A DNA stretch of 64,000 nt from Polyangiales bacterium (GTDB taxonomy: Bacteria > Myxococcota_A > Polyangia > Polyangiales > Ga0077539). The DNA lies in contig JAXLYG010000005.1 in NCBI GenBank assembly GCA_046351535.1, positions 37,334 to 101,333 of the forward strand. The letters run 5' to 3'. Below, piece by piece: positions 18,905 to 28,945 of the stretch (position 1 is the stretch's first letter; the number at the start of each line of letters is the position of its first letter). A model generated the notes under the pieces. The model had not been told where the DNA came from and did no database searches. It saw only the letters and a list, made by a program, of their open reading frames with translations. A program made the position numbers and the translations under genes.

Positions 18905-21571
18905 ATGTCACCGAACGACCGTTCTCTCGATGCGCTCCGCGCGGAGCGTGACCTCGTGCGCGCCGAGGCCCTCGCGGGTCACGGCGGCGTCGCCCTCGCG
19001 GCCAGGCTCGCGCGCGCCTTCGACGCGCTGCTCGTCGACCGCTTCGAAGCGGCGAGGGCCGTCGCCGATCCGGGTCGCGCCGCGCTCATCGCCGTCGGCG
19101 GCTACGGCCGCGGAACGCTCGCGTACGGCAGCGACCTCGACCTCGTGCTGCTCGTCGACGACCCCGAGGCGCCCGCGGTGGCCCCCTTCACCGAGGCCCT
19201 CTTGCACCCGCTCTGGGACGCGGGCATCGCCGTCGGTCACGCCGTGCGCTCGGTGGACGACTTCGTGGCCCTCGCGCGCACCGACATCCGCACGGCCACG
19301 ACGGTGCTCGACGCGCGCTGCGTGGCGGGCGACGAGGCCTTCGCGCGCGATGCGGCGACCCGTTGCGCGGGCGCGCTCTTCGACGGAGACCTCGGGCGCT
19401 TTCTCGACGGGCTCACCGAGGAGATGTCGTCGCGGCACCGCCGCTTCGGCGCCACGGTGTACCTCCTCGAGCCCGACGTGAAGCACAGCCGCGGCGGGCT
19501 CCGCGACGTCGACATCGCGCGCTGGGCGCTGCGCGCGCGCTTCGGCGCGGCGGGCTTCGACGAGGCCCTCGCCGCGGGCGCCCTCTCGACCTCGGAGCGA
19601 GACGCGCTCGTCGAGGCGCAGGAGTTCCTCTGGCGCGTGCGCGCGCTGCTGCACGGGCGCTCGCGGCGTCGCAGCGACCGCCTCGCGTTCGACGAGCAGG
19701 AGGAGGCCGCGTCGAGGCTCATCGCCGTCGACCCCGAGACCCGCGAGCGCGACCCCGTGCGCGCGCTCGGAGAGGCCACCGAGCGGCTCATGTCGTCGTG
19801 GTATCGCCACGCGCGCGCCGTCGCCACGACCGTCGAGCACGTCATCGCGCGCTGCCGTCCGACGGCCCTCAGCGCCAACGAGCGCCACCCCGCCGACCGC
19901 GTCGCCGAGGGGATCTCTCTCCGCGACGACGCCCTGTGCTTCACGTCGCCCGACGCGCTGCGCGTGACCCCGTCGCTCGCGCTGCGGGTCCTCGAGCTCG
20001 CCGTGGCGCGCGACCTCCCGCTCTCGGCCGCGACGCGCGACGCCATCGCGGCGCGCGCGAACGACCCCGCGTGGTGCGAGGCCCTGCGCGCCGACGAGCA
20101 CGCGGCGAGCGCGTTCCGACGGCTCCTCACGACCTCCGCGCGGCCGGGTCTGCGCGGCGATCGCACGACGCCCGTGTCGGGCACCGAGACGAACGAAGAC
20201 AGCGTCCTCGCCGAGATGCACGACCTGGGGCTGCTGCTCGCGATGGTGCCCGAGTTCGCGCACGTCACGGGCCGCGTGCAGCACGACGTCTATCACGTGT
20301 ACACCGTCGACGTTCACTCCGTGGCCGCCGTCGACAGGCTCCACGCCATCGCGCGCGGAGACCTCGCCGAGGAGTTTCCGACGCCCGCCCACGTGCTCGC
20401 GGACACCGACCGCATCGAGATCCTCTGCATCGCGACGCTCCTGCACGACATCGGCAAGAGCCGCGGCGGCTCTCACGCCCGCGTGGGCGCCGACATGGTC
20501 CCCCCCATCGCGGCGCGGCTCGGCTTCGGCCCCGACGACGGGCAGACCATCGCGTGGCTCGTGGCCGAGCACCTCACGCTCTATCACGCCGCCACGCGCA
20601 GAGACCTCGGCGACCCGGCCACCCTCGCGGGCCTCGTCGACGCCGTGCGAGACCCGTGGCGGCTCCGCGCGCTCTACCTCCTCACGGTGGCCGACCTCTC
20701 GACCACGTCGCCCACCGCGATGACCTCGTGGAAGGCGCGCATGCTCGACGAGCTCTTTCGCCGCGTCGACGACGCCCTCTCCGACGGCCCCTCGGGCGCC
20801 GACCGCGTCGAGGCCCTGCGCGCGCAGTCGCTCTCGCTCGCGCCCGACGGAGACCGCGACGCCGTGGCGCGGCTCCTCGCGCGCATGCCCGACCGCTACG
20901 TGCTCGCCACGTCGCCCGACGCCATCGCGCGCCACGCCCGCGCCCTCGACGCGCACGCCGCGGTGCAGCGCCACGTTGATGTGTCTCCGCTCGACGACGA
21001 CCCGACGGGCGAGCTCTTCGAAGTGCTCTTCGTGGCGCCCGATCGGCCGGGGCTCCTCTCGCTCTTCGCGGCGCTGCTCTACGTGAACCGCCTCGACGTG
21101 CAGAGCGCGCAGATCTACTCGTCGCGCGGCGGCGCCGTCGACGTGTTCGTGGTGCGCTCATCACGCGCCGATCCCGCGGAGATCGCGCGCATCAGGGCGA
21201 AGCTCCCGCGGCAGCTCGACGACCTGCTCGACGGGCGCGCGGACCCCGACGCGCTCGTCGCCGCCGCGCGCGGAGGCGCGGGCATCGCGAGGCCCGAGCC
21301 CGCGGTGCGCGCGGAGGTCCAGCTCGACGACGACGCGAGCCACACGGCCACGGTGGTCGAGGTCTTCGGCCGCGACCGACCGGGCTTTCTCTACGGGGTC
21401 ACGCGCGCGCTGCACCGCGAGGGCGTGAGCATCTCGCTCGCGAAGGTGAACACCGAGGGACGCCGCGCCGCGGACACGTTCTACGTGACCGAGGCCGACG
21501 GCGCGAAGCTCTCGGCCGAGCGCGCGGAGGGGCTGCGAGAGGCGCTGCTCGCGGTGGTGCGCGGCGGGTGA
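18905..21571 (+). CDS. glnD: [Protein-PII] uridylyltransferase / uridylyl-removing enzyme GlnD.
   Basis: An N-terminal nucleotidyltransferase domain is followed by an HD domain (LLHDIGKSRGGSHA) and two C-terminal ACT domains, 888 aa in all. Confidence 0.9.
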   Translation: MSPNDRSLDALRAERDLVRAEALAGHGGVALAARLARAFDALLVDRFEAARAVADPGRAALIAVGGYGRGTLAYGSDLDLVLLVDDPEAPAVAPFTEALLHPLWDAGIAVGHAVRSVDDFVALARTDIRTATTVLDARCVAGDEAFARDAATRCAGALFDGDLGRFLDGLTEEMSSRHRRFGATVYLLEPDVKHSRGGLRDVDIARWALRARFGAAGFDEALAAGALSTSERDALVEAQEFLWRVRALLHGRSRRRSDRLAFDEQEEAASRLIAVDPETRERDPVRALGEATERLMSSWYRHARAVATTVEHVIARCRPTALSANERHPADRVAEGISLRDDALCFTSPDALRVTPSLALRVLELAVARDLPLSAATRDAIAARANDPAWCEALRADEHAASAFRRLLTTSARPGLRGDRTTPVSGTETNEDSVLAEMHDLGLLLAMVPEFAHVTGRVQHDVYHVYTVDVHSVAAVDRLHAIARGDLAEEFPTPAHVLADTDRIEILCIATLLHDIGKSRGGSHARVGADMVPPIAARLGFGPDDGQTIAWLVAEHLTLYHAATRRDLGDPATLAGLVDAVRDPWRLRALYLLTVADLSTTSPTAMTSWKARMLDELFRRVDDALSDGPSGADRVEALRAQSLSLAPDGDRDAVARLLARMPDRYVLATSPDAIARHARALDAHAAVQRHVDVSPLDDDPTGELFEVLFVAPDRPGLLSLFAALLYVNRLDVQSAQIYSSRGGAVDVFVVRSSRADPAEIARIRAKLPRQLDDLLDGRADPDALVAAARGGAGIARPEPAVRAEVQLDDDASHTATVVEVFGRDRPGFLYGVTRALHREGVSISLAKVNTEGRRAADTFYVTEADGAKLSAERAEGLREALLAVVRGG

Positions 21572-21629
21572 CGGATGCGCCCGCACGGTCTGGACACGGC
21601 CCTCACCGCGGGGCTACACCCGACCGCGT

Positions 21630-22670
21630 ATGAAGGCCCTCGCGCTCGCGCTCGCGCTCGTCGCGCTCCCCGTCACGTCGCTCGCGCAGCCCGGGAGGTT
21701 CCCCATCCCGATGCCGGGCAGGCTCGGCGGAGGCGCGGCGCCGACGGCCGCGGAGCGAGAGTTCTCCGCGGGAGAAGCGCTCCTGCGGCAGGGCGACACC
21801 GCGGGCGCCACGGCGCGCTTCGAAGCCGCGCGACGCCTCGATCCGCGCGATCCCCGACCGCCCTACTACCTCGGTGAGGTGAGCCGCCGCGCCGAGCGAT
21901 GGACCGAGGCCGAGGCCCTCTTTCGCGAGGCCGTGCGGCTGCGCGCGACGATGGCCGAGGCCCACGCGAGCCTCGGCGCGGTGCTGCGCGAAGAGGGACG
22001 ACTCCCCGACGCGATCGCGTCGCTCGAAGCGGCCCTGCGGCTCTCGTCGACGCTCGGCGAGGCGCACTACAACCTCGGGCTCTGCCTCGAAGATCAGGGC
22101 GACCTCCCGCGCGCCATCAACGAGTACCGCCGCGCGATGCAGCAGCTCGCGAGCGATCCGATGCCCGCGCTCAACCTCGCGCTCGCCCTCGCGTCGCAGC
22201 CCGCGCCGTCGCCCGCGCAGCGCAGCCAAGCGCTCGACGCGCTCCGTGAGGCCGTGCGACGGGGGAGCGCCTCGCGCGACGTGCTCGCCACCGCGGGGCC
22301 CGCGTTCAGGCAGCTCGGCGAGGCGCGCACGGCGGCCGAGACGCTCGAGCGCGCGAGGGCGATGGGCGCGCCCACCGCGGCCATTCTCGGTGAGCTCGCG
22401 CAGGCGCTCTGGGTCACGGGCGACCGCGCCACGGCGGAGCGGCGGATGGGCGAGGCCATCGCGCTCGATGCCCGCGACGCGACGCTGAGGTATCTCTACG
22501 GGCTCATGCTCGCAGACGCGGGACGGCGCGATCGAGCCGTGGAAGAGTTCCGTCAGGCGGCGATCCTCGGCGCGAGGACGCCCATCGCAGAGAGAGCGCG
22601 GCAGAGGCTGCGGGCGATGCGCGCGCCGGTCCCCGAGGAGCGCCCCGCGCCTGGCGCCCGAGTTCCCTAA
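21630..22670 (+). CDS. Secreted TPR-repeat protein.
   Basis: It has a signal peptide (MKALALALALVALPVTSLA) and multiple TPR-like repeats (…AEAHASLGAVL…GEAHYNLGLCL…). Confidence 0.7.
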   Translation: MKALALALALVALPVTSLAQPGRFPIPMPGRLGGGAAPTAAEREFSAGEALLRQGDTAGATARFEAARRLDPRDPRPPYYLGEVSRRAERWTEAEALFREAVRLRATMAEAHASLGAVLREEGRLPDAIASLEAALRLSSTLGEAHYNLGLCLEDQGDLPRAINEYRRAMQQLASDPMPALNLALALASQPAPSPAQRSQALDALREAVRRGSASRDVLATAGPAFRQLGEARTAAETLERARAMGAPTAAILGELAQALWVTGDRATAERRMGEAIALDARDATLRYLYGLMLADAGRRDRAVEEFRQAAILGARTPIAERARQRLRAMRAPVPEERPAPGARVP

Positions 22671-22770
22671 CGAAGACGAAGCGCCCGTGAAGCTTGTCAG
22701 GGCTACTGGAACGCGGTAACCAAAGAGGAACCGCGATCTCCCGGGGGATCGCGCAGCGACGAAACTTGCG

Positions 22771-24795
22771 ATGCGAGAGTGCCCGAAGTGCCACAAGCGG
22801 TTCCTTGAGAGCAACGCGCGCGTCTGCGACACAGACGGCGCGGTGCTCGACCTCGTGGTCGTGGCCTCCGATCGCGACCGCCTGGTGGGCACCACCATTC
22901 TCAACCGCTACGCCGTCGACAAGGTGCTCGGCGACGGCGGCATGGGCGTGGTCTACCGCGCCATCGACACCGAGACCCGACGCCCGTACGCGGTGAAGGT
23001 CCTCCGCGCGGAGTACAGCGAAGAAGAAGACCTGGTCATCCGCTTCGAGCAGGAGGCGCGCGCCGCCGCCTCGGTGCGCAACCCCCACATCGTCGAGATC
23101 TTCGACTGGGGCTCGCTCCCCGACGGCTCGCGCTTCTTCGTGATGGAGTACCTCGAAGGCCGCTCCCTCGGGGACCTCCTCGCGCGCATGCCCAAGGCCC
23201 CCGGCGCCGACCGCCGTCAGCCCCTGCCCGAGGACTTCGCCCTGCACATCTCGATGCAGATCGCCGAGGGCCTCAAGGCCGCCCACGAGATCGGCATCGT
23301 TCACAGGGACATCAAGCCCGACAACTTTCACATCGTCCGCAAGCCCGAAGACCCCTACTTCGTGAAGATCCTCGATTTCGGCATCGCCAAGGTGCAGAAC
23401 TCGAAGGCCGCGAGGACGCGCACGGGGTCGGTCTTCGGCACGCCGCACTACATGTCCCCCGAGCAGGCCTCGGGCGACAAGAACATCGACGCCACGACCG
23501 ACATCTACGGCCTCGGCGTGATGATGTACGAGATGGTCGTCGGCAAGATCCCCTTCGACGCCGACAACCTCATGGGCATCCTGACGGCGCACCTCTATCA
23601 CACGCCCACGCCGCCGAGCATCTACCCCGAGTGCGAGAAGCTCTCTCGCTCGTTCGAAGCGATCATTCTCAAGTGCCTCGCGAAGGACCGCGAGGCCCGC
23701 TACCTCTCGATGGGCGAGCTCCACGACGACCTCGCGCGGTGCCGCCGCGGAGAGACCTCGCTCGCGCTCGAAGACCAGGAGGTGAGCACGCGCCGCTTCG
23801 ACCGCTCGGACTTCGTCTCCGAGGCCGCGACGGTGATCCGTCAGCTCCCGGCCGAGCTCCTCCAGCCCGCGAGCCCCGAGGAGCTCAACGCCGCCCTCGG
23901 CTTTCAAACAGGCTCTCCGCAGGCTCACCCGCCCACGTCGGGTCCGCCGTCGGGCCCCTCGCAGGCAGCGCCCGCCGCGCACTCGATGTCGCTCCCATCG
24001 CCGCCGCCGTCGTCGCAGCCGTCGCCGATGATGAACTCCCTCGCGCCGCCCGCGATGGCGTCTCCGCTGCAGCAGCAACAGCCCCCTTCGCCCTTCGATC
24101 AGGTGGGCAAGATCCGCTTCGCGGACCCCAACGCGGCGCCGCCCGAGCTCGTGACCCACGCGTCGCTGCCACCGGGCACCGAGGTGCCGCGGCCGCGGTC
24201 GAAGACGGGGCTCATCGTGGGCGCCATCATCGGCTTCGGGGTCTTCATCGCCATCGGGATCATCGCCTTCGCGAGCGCGCTCCAGTCGCCGCCCGCGCAG
24301 CCTCCGCACGAGGACCTCGCGCTCACGCAGCAGCAGCTCCAGCCCGGCCGCGTCGCGGCCACGAACCAGCAGCCCGCCGCGCCCGCCACACCGCAGCCCG
24401 CCGTCGACGCGCAGGCGCCCGCGGTGCCGCACGGCGTCCCGCAGGCGCAGGCCGAGCCCGTGCTCATCGTGTCGAACGTCGCGGGCGCGAGGGTGTTCCG
24501 CGGCGGCGTGCAGGTCGGGACGGCGCCCCACACGGTCGCGCGCCCCGCGGTCGGAGAAGAGACCTACACGGTCAGCGCCGAGGGCTTTCAAGACCAGGTG
24601 GTGATCGTCACCCCCGCGACGCAGTCGCCCGTCTCGGTCACGCTCCCCGCCGCCGCCGCGCCCGAGCCGAGGGACCGCCACGGCCGCGTGCGCCCGCACC
24701 GCGAGCGCCCGCCGCTGACGAACGCGCACCCGCCCCGCACCGGTCAGCCCCCGACGCGTCGCACGGGCGACCTCCAGGACCCCTGGAACCAGTGA
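22771..24795 (+). CDS. Ser/Thr protein kinase with an N-terminal Cys-rich ribbon, a Pro-rich linker, a TM segment and a C-terminal PEGA domain.
   Basis: It has the Hanks kinase motifs (VAVKVL, HRDIKPDN, DFGIAK, SPE), an N-terminal CPKC…C motif, a TM helix (LIVGAIIGFGVFIAIGIIAFA) and a PEGA-like C-terminus. Confidence 0.9.
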   Translation: MRECPKCHKRFLESNARVCDTDGAVLDLVVVASDRDRLVGTTILNRYAVDKVLGDGGMGVVYRAIDTETRRPYAVKVLRAEYSEEEDLVIRFEQEARAAASVRNPHIVEIFDWGSLPDGSRFFVMEYLEGRSLGDLLARMPKAPGADRRQPLPEDFALHISMQIAEGLKAAHEIGIVHRDIKPDNFHIVRKPEDPYFVKILDFGIAKVQNSKAARTRTGSVFGTPHYMSPEQASGDKNIDATTDIYGLGVMMYEMVVGKIPFDADNLMGILTAHLYHTPTPPSIYPECEKLSRSFEAIILKCLAKDREARYLSMGELHDDLARCRRGETSLALEDQEVSTRRFDRSDFVSEAATVIRQLPAELLQPASPEELNAALGFQTGSPQAHPPTSGPPSGPSQAAPAAHSMSLPSPPPSSQPSPMMNSLAPPAMASPLQQQQPPSPFDQVGKIRFADPNAAPPELVTHASLPPGTEVPRPRSKTGLIVGAIIGFGVFIAIGIIAFASALQSPPAQPPHEDLALTQQQLQPGRVAATNQQPAAPATPQPAVDAQAPAVPHGVPQAQAEPVLIVSNVAGARVFRGGVQVGTAPHTVARPAVGEETYTVSAEGFQDQVVIVTPATQSPVSVTLPAAAAPEPRDRHGRVRPHRERPPLTNAHPPRTGQPPTRRTGDLQDPWNQ

Positions 24796-24861
24796 TCGGT
24801 CGTCTCGCCGTGGGTGTCCTTGCGTTGGCGGTCATGTAGCGACTAGCCTCCGCGCGCTTTC

Positions 24862-26328
24862 ATGCGCAGACCGCTCACACGCCTCGCAATCACCGCCGCG
24901 CTCGCTGCCTCTCTCGGGGCCTGCTCCGAGAACAACGGCACCGATCCCCCGACGGATCGCTTCTTCTTCCCCACCGCGCTCGCGCTTCATCGCCCGACCG
25001 CGGGCGCGAGGGCCGACTACCTCTACGTCACCAACTCCGACTTCGACCTCGCCTACAACGGCAGCACCGTCGTGCAGGTCGCGCTCTCGCCGGTCGACCA
25101 GCTCCGCACGCAGCTCGCCGCCGTCAACGACGCGTGCCGCATGACGCCGAGCGCGTGCAGCGACACGGCGACCGCGAGCCTCCAGGTGCGCAGCGGCATG
25201 CCCGCCGTCACCGTGCGCTGCACCCGCGACTTCGAAGCGCGCGACGCGTGGCTCTGCCCCGACGCGCCGCTCATCCTCAGCGACCGCACGCGCAAGCTCA
25301 ACCCCTACGCCGTCGAGGCCTCGCTCGCGACCTACCGCAACGGCGCGCAGCGGCTCTACGTGATCGTCCGCGGGGGCAACTCGCTCGCGTGGTTCGACGT
25401 GCAGCCCGACGGCACCCTCGACTGCGGACCCGCCGACGAGCGGGGCTACTGCTCGGCCACGCACTACGCGGGCAACGACCCCGCGCAGAGCCCCGGCGGC
25501 CTCGTGCTCCCGCAGGAGTCGTCGCAGCTCTCGGTCGACCCCGACCGCGGCTGGATCGTGATGACCCACCAGAGCTTCACGCTCGACGTCGCCCACGCGT
25601 CGCTCCTGCGAGACCCCATCGCGGAGTCCGCCACCACGCAGTCACCAGGGCCCGCGCTCGTGAGCACCCTCGGCGGAATCTCCGCGGGGCTGAGCTCCCT
25701 GGTGCTCCTCCCGCGCGCCGCGATGGGCGACCGCAGCACGTGGCTCGCCACGAGCCGCGCCGAGTCGGTCTTCACACTGCTGCAGGCCTACGAGGGCACC
25801 GCGTCGCTCGGCGACAACAGGGCCTTCCTCTACCGCGCCGCCGCCGCGCCCGTGACGGGGCTCAACACCGGCACCAACAACCGCGCGATCGCGCTCGACC
25901 CCGCGCCGGGCGCCGCCTCGCGCAGGGCCTACGTCGTCAGCCGCAGCCCCGAGGCCCTCCTCACCGTCGACATCTCGAACCCCTCGGCGCCGTCGGTCAT
26001 CGACGCCACGGCCATCCCGCAGGGACCCTCGCGCCTCGTCGCCGTGTGGCACCTGTCGATCGGCCACACGTACGTGTACGCCGTCTCGTACGACACCCGC
26101 TGGATCTACGTCGTCGACCCGTCGGAGCACCGCGTGGTCGCGCAGATCGCCACGCTCCGCGGGCCGCACAACCTCGCCTACGACGAGGTCGACGGGATGC
26201 TCTACGTCATCGACTTCCTCGACTCGGCCATCGAGGTGATCGACCTGCGCCCCGAGCTCAACGGCGCGGCCAACCCCTCGTTCAACCGACGCGTGCTCAC
26301 CTTCGGGCGCCCGGGACGCGGAGCCTGA
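24862..26328 (+). CDS. Lipoprotein with a beta-propeller-like repeat domain (YncE/lactonase-like).
   Basis: A lipobox (ASLGAC) is followed by repeated YV/VV-x-N/D strands, as in YVTNSDFD…YVYAVSYDTRWIYVVD…LYVIDFLDSAIEVIDL. Confidence 0.65.
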   Translation: MRRPLTRLAITAALAASLGACSENNGTDPPTDRFFFPTALALHRPTAGARADYLYVTNSDFDLAYNGSTVVQVALSPVDQLRTQLAAVNDACRMTPSACSDTATASLQVRSGMPAVTVRCTRDFEARDAWLCPDAPLILSDRTRKLNPYAVEASLATYRNGAQRLYVIVRGGNSLAWFDVQPDGTLDCGPADERGYCSATHYAGNDPAQSPGGLVLPQESSQLSVDPDRGWIVMTHQSFTLDVAHASLLRDPIAESATTQSPGPALVSTLGGISAGLSSLVLLPRAAMGDRSTWLATSRAESVFTLLQAYEGTASLGDNRAFLYRAAAAPVTGLNTGTNNRAIALDPAPGAASRRAYVVSRSPEALLTVDISNPSAPSVIDATAIPQGPSRLVAVWHLSIGHTYVYAVSYDTRWIYVVDPSEHRVVAQIATLRGPHNLAYDEVDGMLYVIDFLDSAIEVIDLRPELNGAANPSFNRRVLTFGRPGRGA

Positions 26329-26331
26329 TCG

Positions 26332-28914
26332 ATGAAGCGTCCGCTCCTCGGCCTCACGGCCCTGGCCCTCTCGTGCTCGACGGCCACGGTGGTCAACACC
26401 ACCTACAACTTCGACCGCGCCACCGACGTCGACTTCCTCTGCCTCCGCTCGGAGAACGGGACCGTCACCGCGCTTCCGCTCGAGACCTGCGGCCTCAACA
26501 CCAGCGACAACACCTCGGCCTCGGGCAGCGCCCACCTCTACGCCGTGGTGACCCAGAGCGAGCGCGGTGAGCTCGCCGTCGTCGACCTCGCCGCCGCGTC
26601 GGGCACGTCGCTCATCGACAACAGCCCCGAGCTCCCGGGCTACTCGTTCATCCCCATCGGCGCGCTCCCCTCGGCCGTCGTCAGCGACCCGCGCACCGGC
26701 GGCGCGCCGAGCTCCGTGTGGGTCGCCAGCGCGGGCGCGCACGCCATCGAGCGCGTCGACGCCGCGACGGTGCTCTTCAACCCGCGGCGGGTGAACCCCG
26801 GCCACGAGGTCGTGCGCGCCACGACCCCCATCGCGATGAACGGCGCCCCGCGCGACCTCGCGATCGACACCGTGGGCACCCGGACGCTCCTCTACGCCAC
26901 GGTGCCCGACCGCTCCGCCGTGGCCGTCTTCGACGTCACCGACCCGCTCCACCCCGCGGACCTGGGCTTCACGCCCATCACCGCGCCGAGCGGCGCCGAC
27001 GCGGGCCTCGACGGCGGGACCTCCTCGCCCGCGCACCCGCTCGCCCTCTCCGTCGACAAGGACACGCACCGGGTCTACGTCTCCGACGACCAGTCGAACT
27101 ATGTCCACGTGCTCGCGGAGACGCCCCTCCGCGAGATCGCCCGCGTCGACGTGGGCGCCCCCACGCGCGCGCTCGCCATCTCGGGCTGGGCCCGTCGGCT
27201 CACGTGCGCCGCGGAGGCCACCGACCCCGACCACTACGCCAGCGCGCGCTACCTCTACGCCGCCCACGCCACCACGGGCGCGCTCCTCGTGTACGACCTC
27301 GCGCGCAACGCGAGGGTGAGGCCCAACCTCCTCCCCGCGCCCAATCCGCAGCGCAGGACGCTCGACCCCTCGCTCACCGTCGATCAGGTCGCCATCTCGA
27401 CGCCCGTCGTCGCGCTCGTGCCCATCAACACGACGGACTACAAGGGCCAGAACGTGCCCCCGTCGGCCGCGTGCCTCTCGCTCAACGGCTGCGCGGGCGC
27501 GGCGGCCGTCGGACCGGGGTACCTCCACGGGGTCTTCATGGGCGCCGTGCTGCGCGACGGGCGCATCACCGTGATCGACATCGACGACTACGACGCCCCC
27601 GCGCGCGCGCAGTCGCTCAACGTCGTCGACGGCACCAACGGCTACCGCTTCGTGCGCCACGCGCCGCGCGCCTCCATCGCGCTCACCGCCGCGGGCCTCG
27701 TCGTGTCGTCGCCCATCTTCTCGACCATCGTGCGAGGGACGCAGCGCATCCAGGTCGCCGAGGCTCCCACGACGCCGGCCCTCGGGTGCGTGCGGCCTCG
27801 CTCGGCCAACGACAGCACGTCGTGCCTCGTGGGCGGCGACGCGGGCGTCACGAACTACGGCGTCGAGCTCGCCCCGAGGCCGCCGGTGCCGACGAGCTTC
27901 GTGCCCGACGGCGGCGTGAGCGACGGCGGCGCCGACGGATCGACGGAGCCCTCGTGCGGACCGTCGGACGCGAGCGTCGACGTCGCGGAGCTCGACGCGT
28001 CGAGCGGCGTGGCCGCGCTGCCCGCGGACCCCTACGCCCTGCGAAACGAGGTCTGGACGCTCACCTACGAGGGCGTCATCCCGGGCCTCGACCTCTACGG
28101 CGTGGGCTTCTCCGAGGGGACGGGCGGGCGCCTCGTGCTCGACTCGCCCGCGGCGAACTTCTGCACCCGCGGCGCGCTCGCCGAGGGACCGCTCCCGAGC
28201 GCCACCGACCCCTTCGACGTGATGCACGACGAGGTCACGCTCGTGGGCGACCCGACGCCGCTCGCGGCGTACTCCGTCGCGTGCAACCAGCGCTTCGGCA
28301 CGACCACGCCCGTCAACCGCGACTTCACCATCGTCGAGGCCTGGCAGGATCACCTCGTGCTCGACGTCCCGAGCGGCGTGACCGTCGAGGAGGTGCGGCG
28401 CTGCTTCCCCCTCGCGGCGCACGCGCAGGTTCGCACGCGGAACCAGTGGCTCGTCACGGGCACGCGCAACGGCTACCTCGGCGCGGTGCGCGCGGACTCC
28501 ACGGGCCGCTGCGTCATCGACGAGGCGAAGCAGTCGGCCGTCGAGGCGCTCTCGACCGCGTGCCTCACGTCGCGCGTCCCGGTGGCGAGCCGCACGGGCC
28601 GCCGCTGCCTCGCGGGCCGCGCGTGCACGGGGGCGCTCCAGGGCGCGGTCTCGCTCGAGGCGACGCCCGTGTTCGCGAATCCCTACTTCTGCTTCCAGGT
28701 GTTCCCCTCGCCGGTGGGCGAGACCTCGCGCGACTCGCAGTTCACGTTCTCGATCGCGGGCGCGTGGGAGCCGCTGCGCCTCGAGGCGGGCTCGTTCCCC
28801 GTGTCCGCGCGCTTCCTCCCGAAGGAGAACCGGCTCTTCGTGGTCGACACGCAGTCGTCGGGCCTCATCGAGTACCGCATCGACCCCCTCGCGCGCTCTC
28901 GCGTCTTCAACTGA
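26332..28914 (+). CDS. Large Cys-rich lipoprotein, paralogous in its N-terminal part to the preceding propeller lipoprotein.
   Basis: It has a lipobox (ALSCS) and starts 3 nt after the upstream stop. Its N-terminal region resembles the 24862 gene (…HLYAVVTQSERGELAVVDL…). Confidence 0.65.
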   Translation: MKRPLLGLTALALSCSTATVVNTTYNFDRATDVDFLCLRSENGTVTALPLETCGLNTSDNTSASGSAHLYAVVTQSERGELAVVDLAAASGTSLIDNSPELPGYSFIPIGALPSAVVSDPRTGGAPSSVWVASAGAHAIERVDAATVLFNPRRVNPGHEVVRATTPIAMNGAPRDLAIDTVGTRTLLYATVPDRSAVAVFDVTDPLHPADLGFTPITAPSGADAGLDGGTSSPAHPLALSVDKDTHRVYVSDDQSNYVHVLAETPLREIARVDVGAPTRALAISGWARRLTCAAEATDPDHYASARYLYAAHATTGALLVYDLARNARVRPNLLPAPNPQRRTLDPSLTVDQVAISTPVVALVPINTTDYKGQNVPPSAACLSLNGCAGAAAVGPGYLHGVFMGAVLRDGRITVIDIDDYDAPARAQSLNVVDGTNGYRFVRHAPRASIALTAAGLVVSSPIFSTIVRGTQRIQVAEAPTTPALGCVRPRSANDSTSCLVGGDAGVTNYGVELAPRPPVPTSFVPDGGVSDGGADGSTEPSCGPSDASVDVAELDASSGVAALPADPYALRNEVWTLTYEGVIPGLDLYGVGFSEGTGGRLVLDSPAANFCTRGALAEGPLPSATDPFDVMHDEVTLVGDPTPLAAYSVACNQRFGTTTPVNRDFTIVEAWQDHLVLDVPSGVTVEEVRRCFPLAAHAQVRTRNQWLVTGTRNGYLGAVRADSTGRCVIDEAKQSAVEALSTACLTSRVPVASRTGRRCLAGRACTGALQGAVSLEATPVFANPYFCFQVFPSPVGETSRDSQFTFSIAGAWEPLRLEAGSFPVSARFLPKENRLFVVDTQSSGLIEYRIDPLARSRVFN

Positions 28915-28945
28915 CCGATCGCCCACAACCTCCTCGCGTCGCACG

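Noticed and set aside
18908-20974. A 688-aa minus ORF and the 538-aa plus ORF at 19363-20979.
   Set aside because: They are alternative and antisense frames over glnD. The glnD frame has clear NTase/HD/ACT domains.
22671-22770. A possible sigma54 promoter (TGGAAC…) upstream of the kinase gene.
   Set aside because: It lacks the GG-N10-GC spacing and the TTGC -12 element, so it is not supported.
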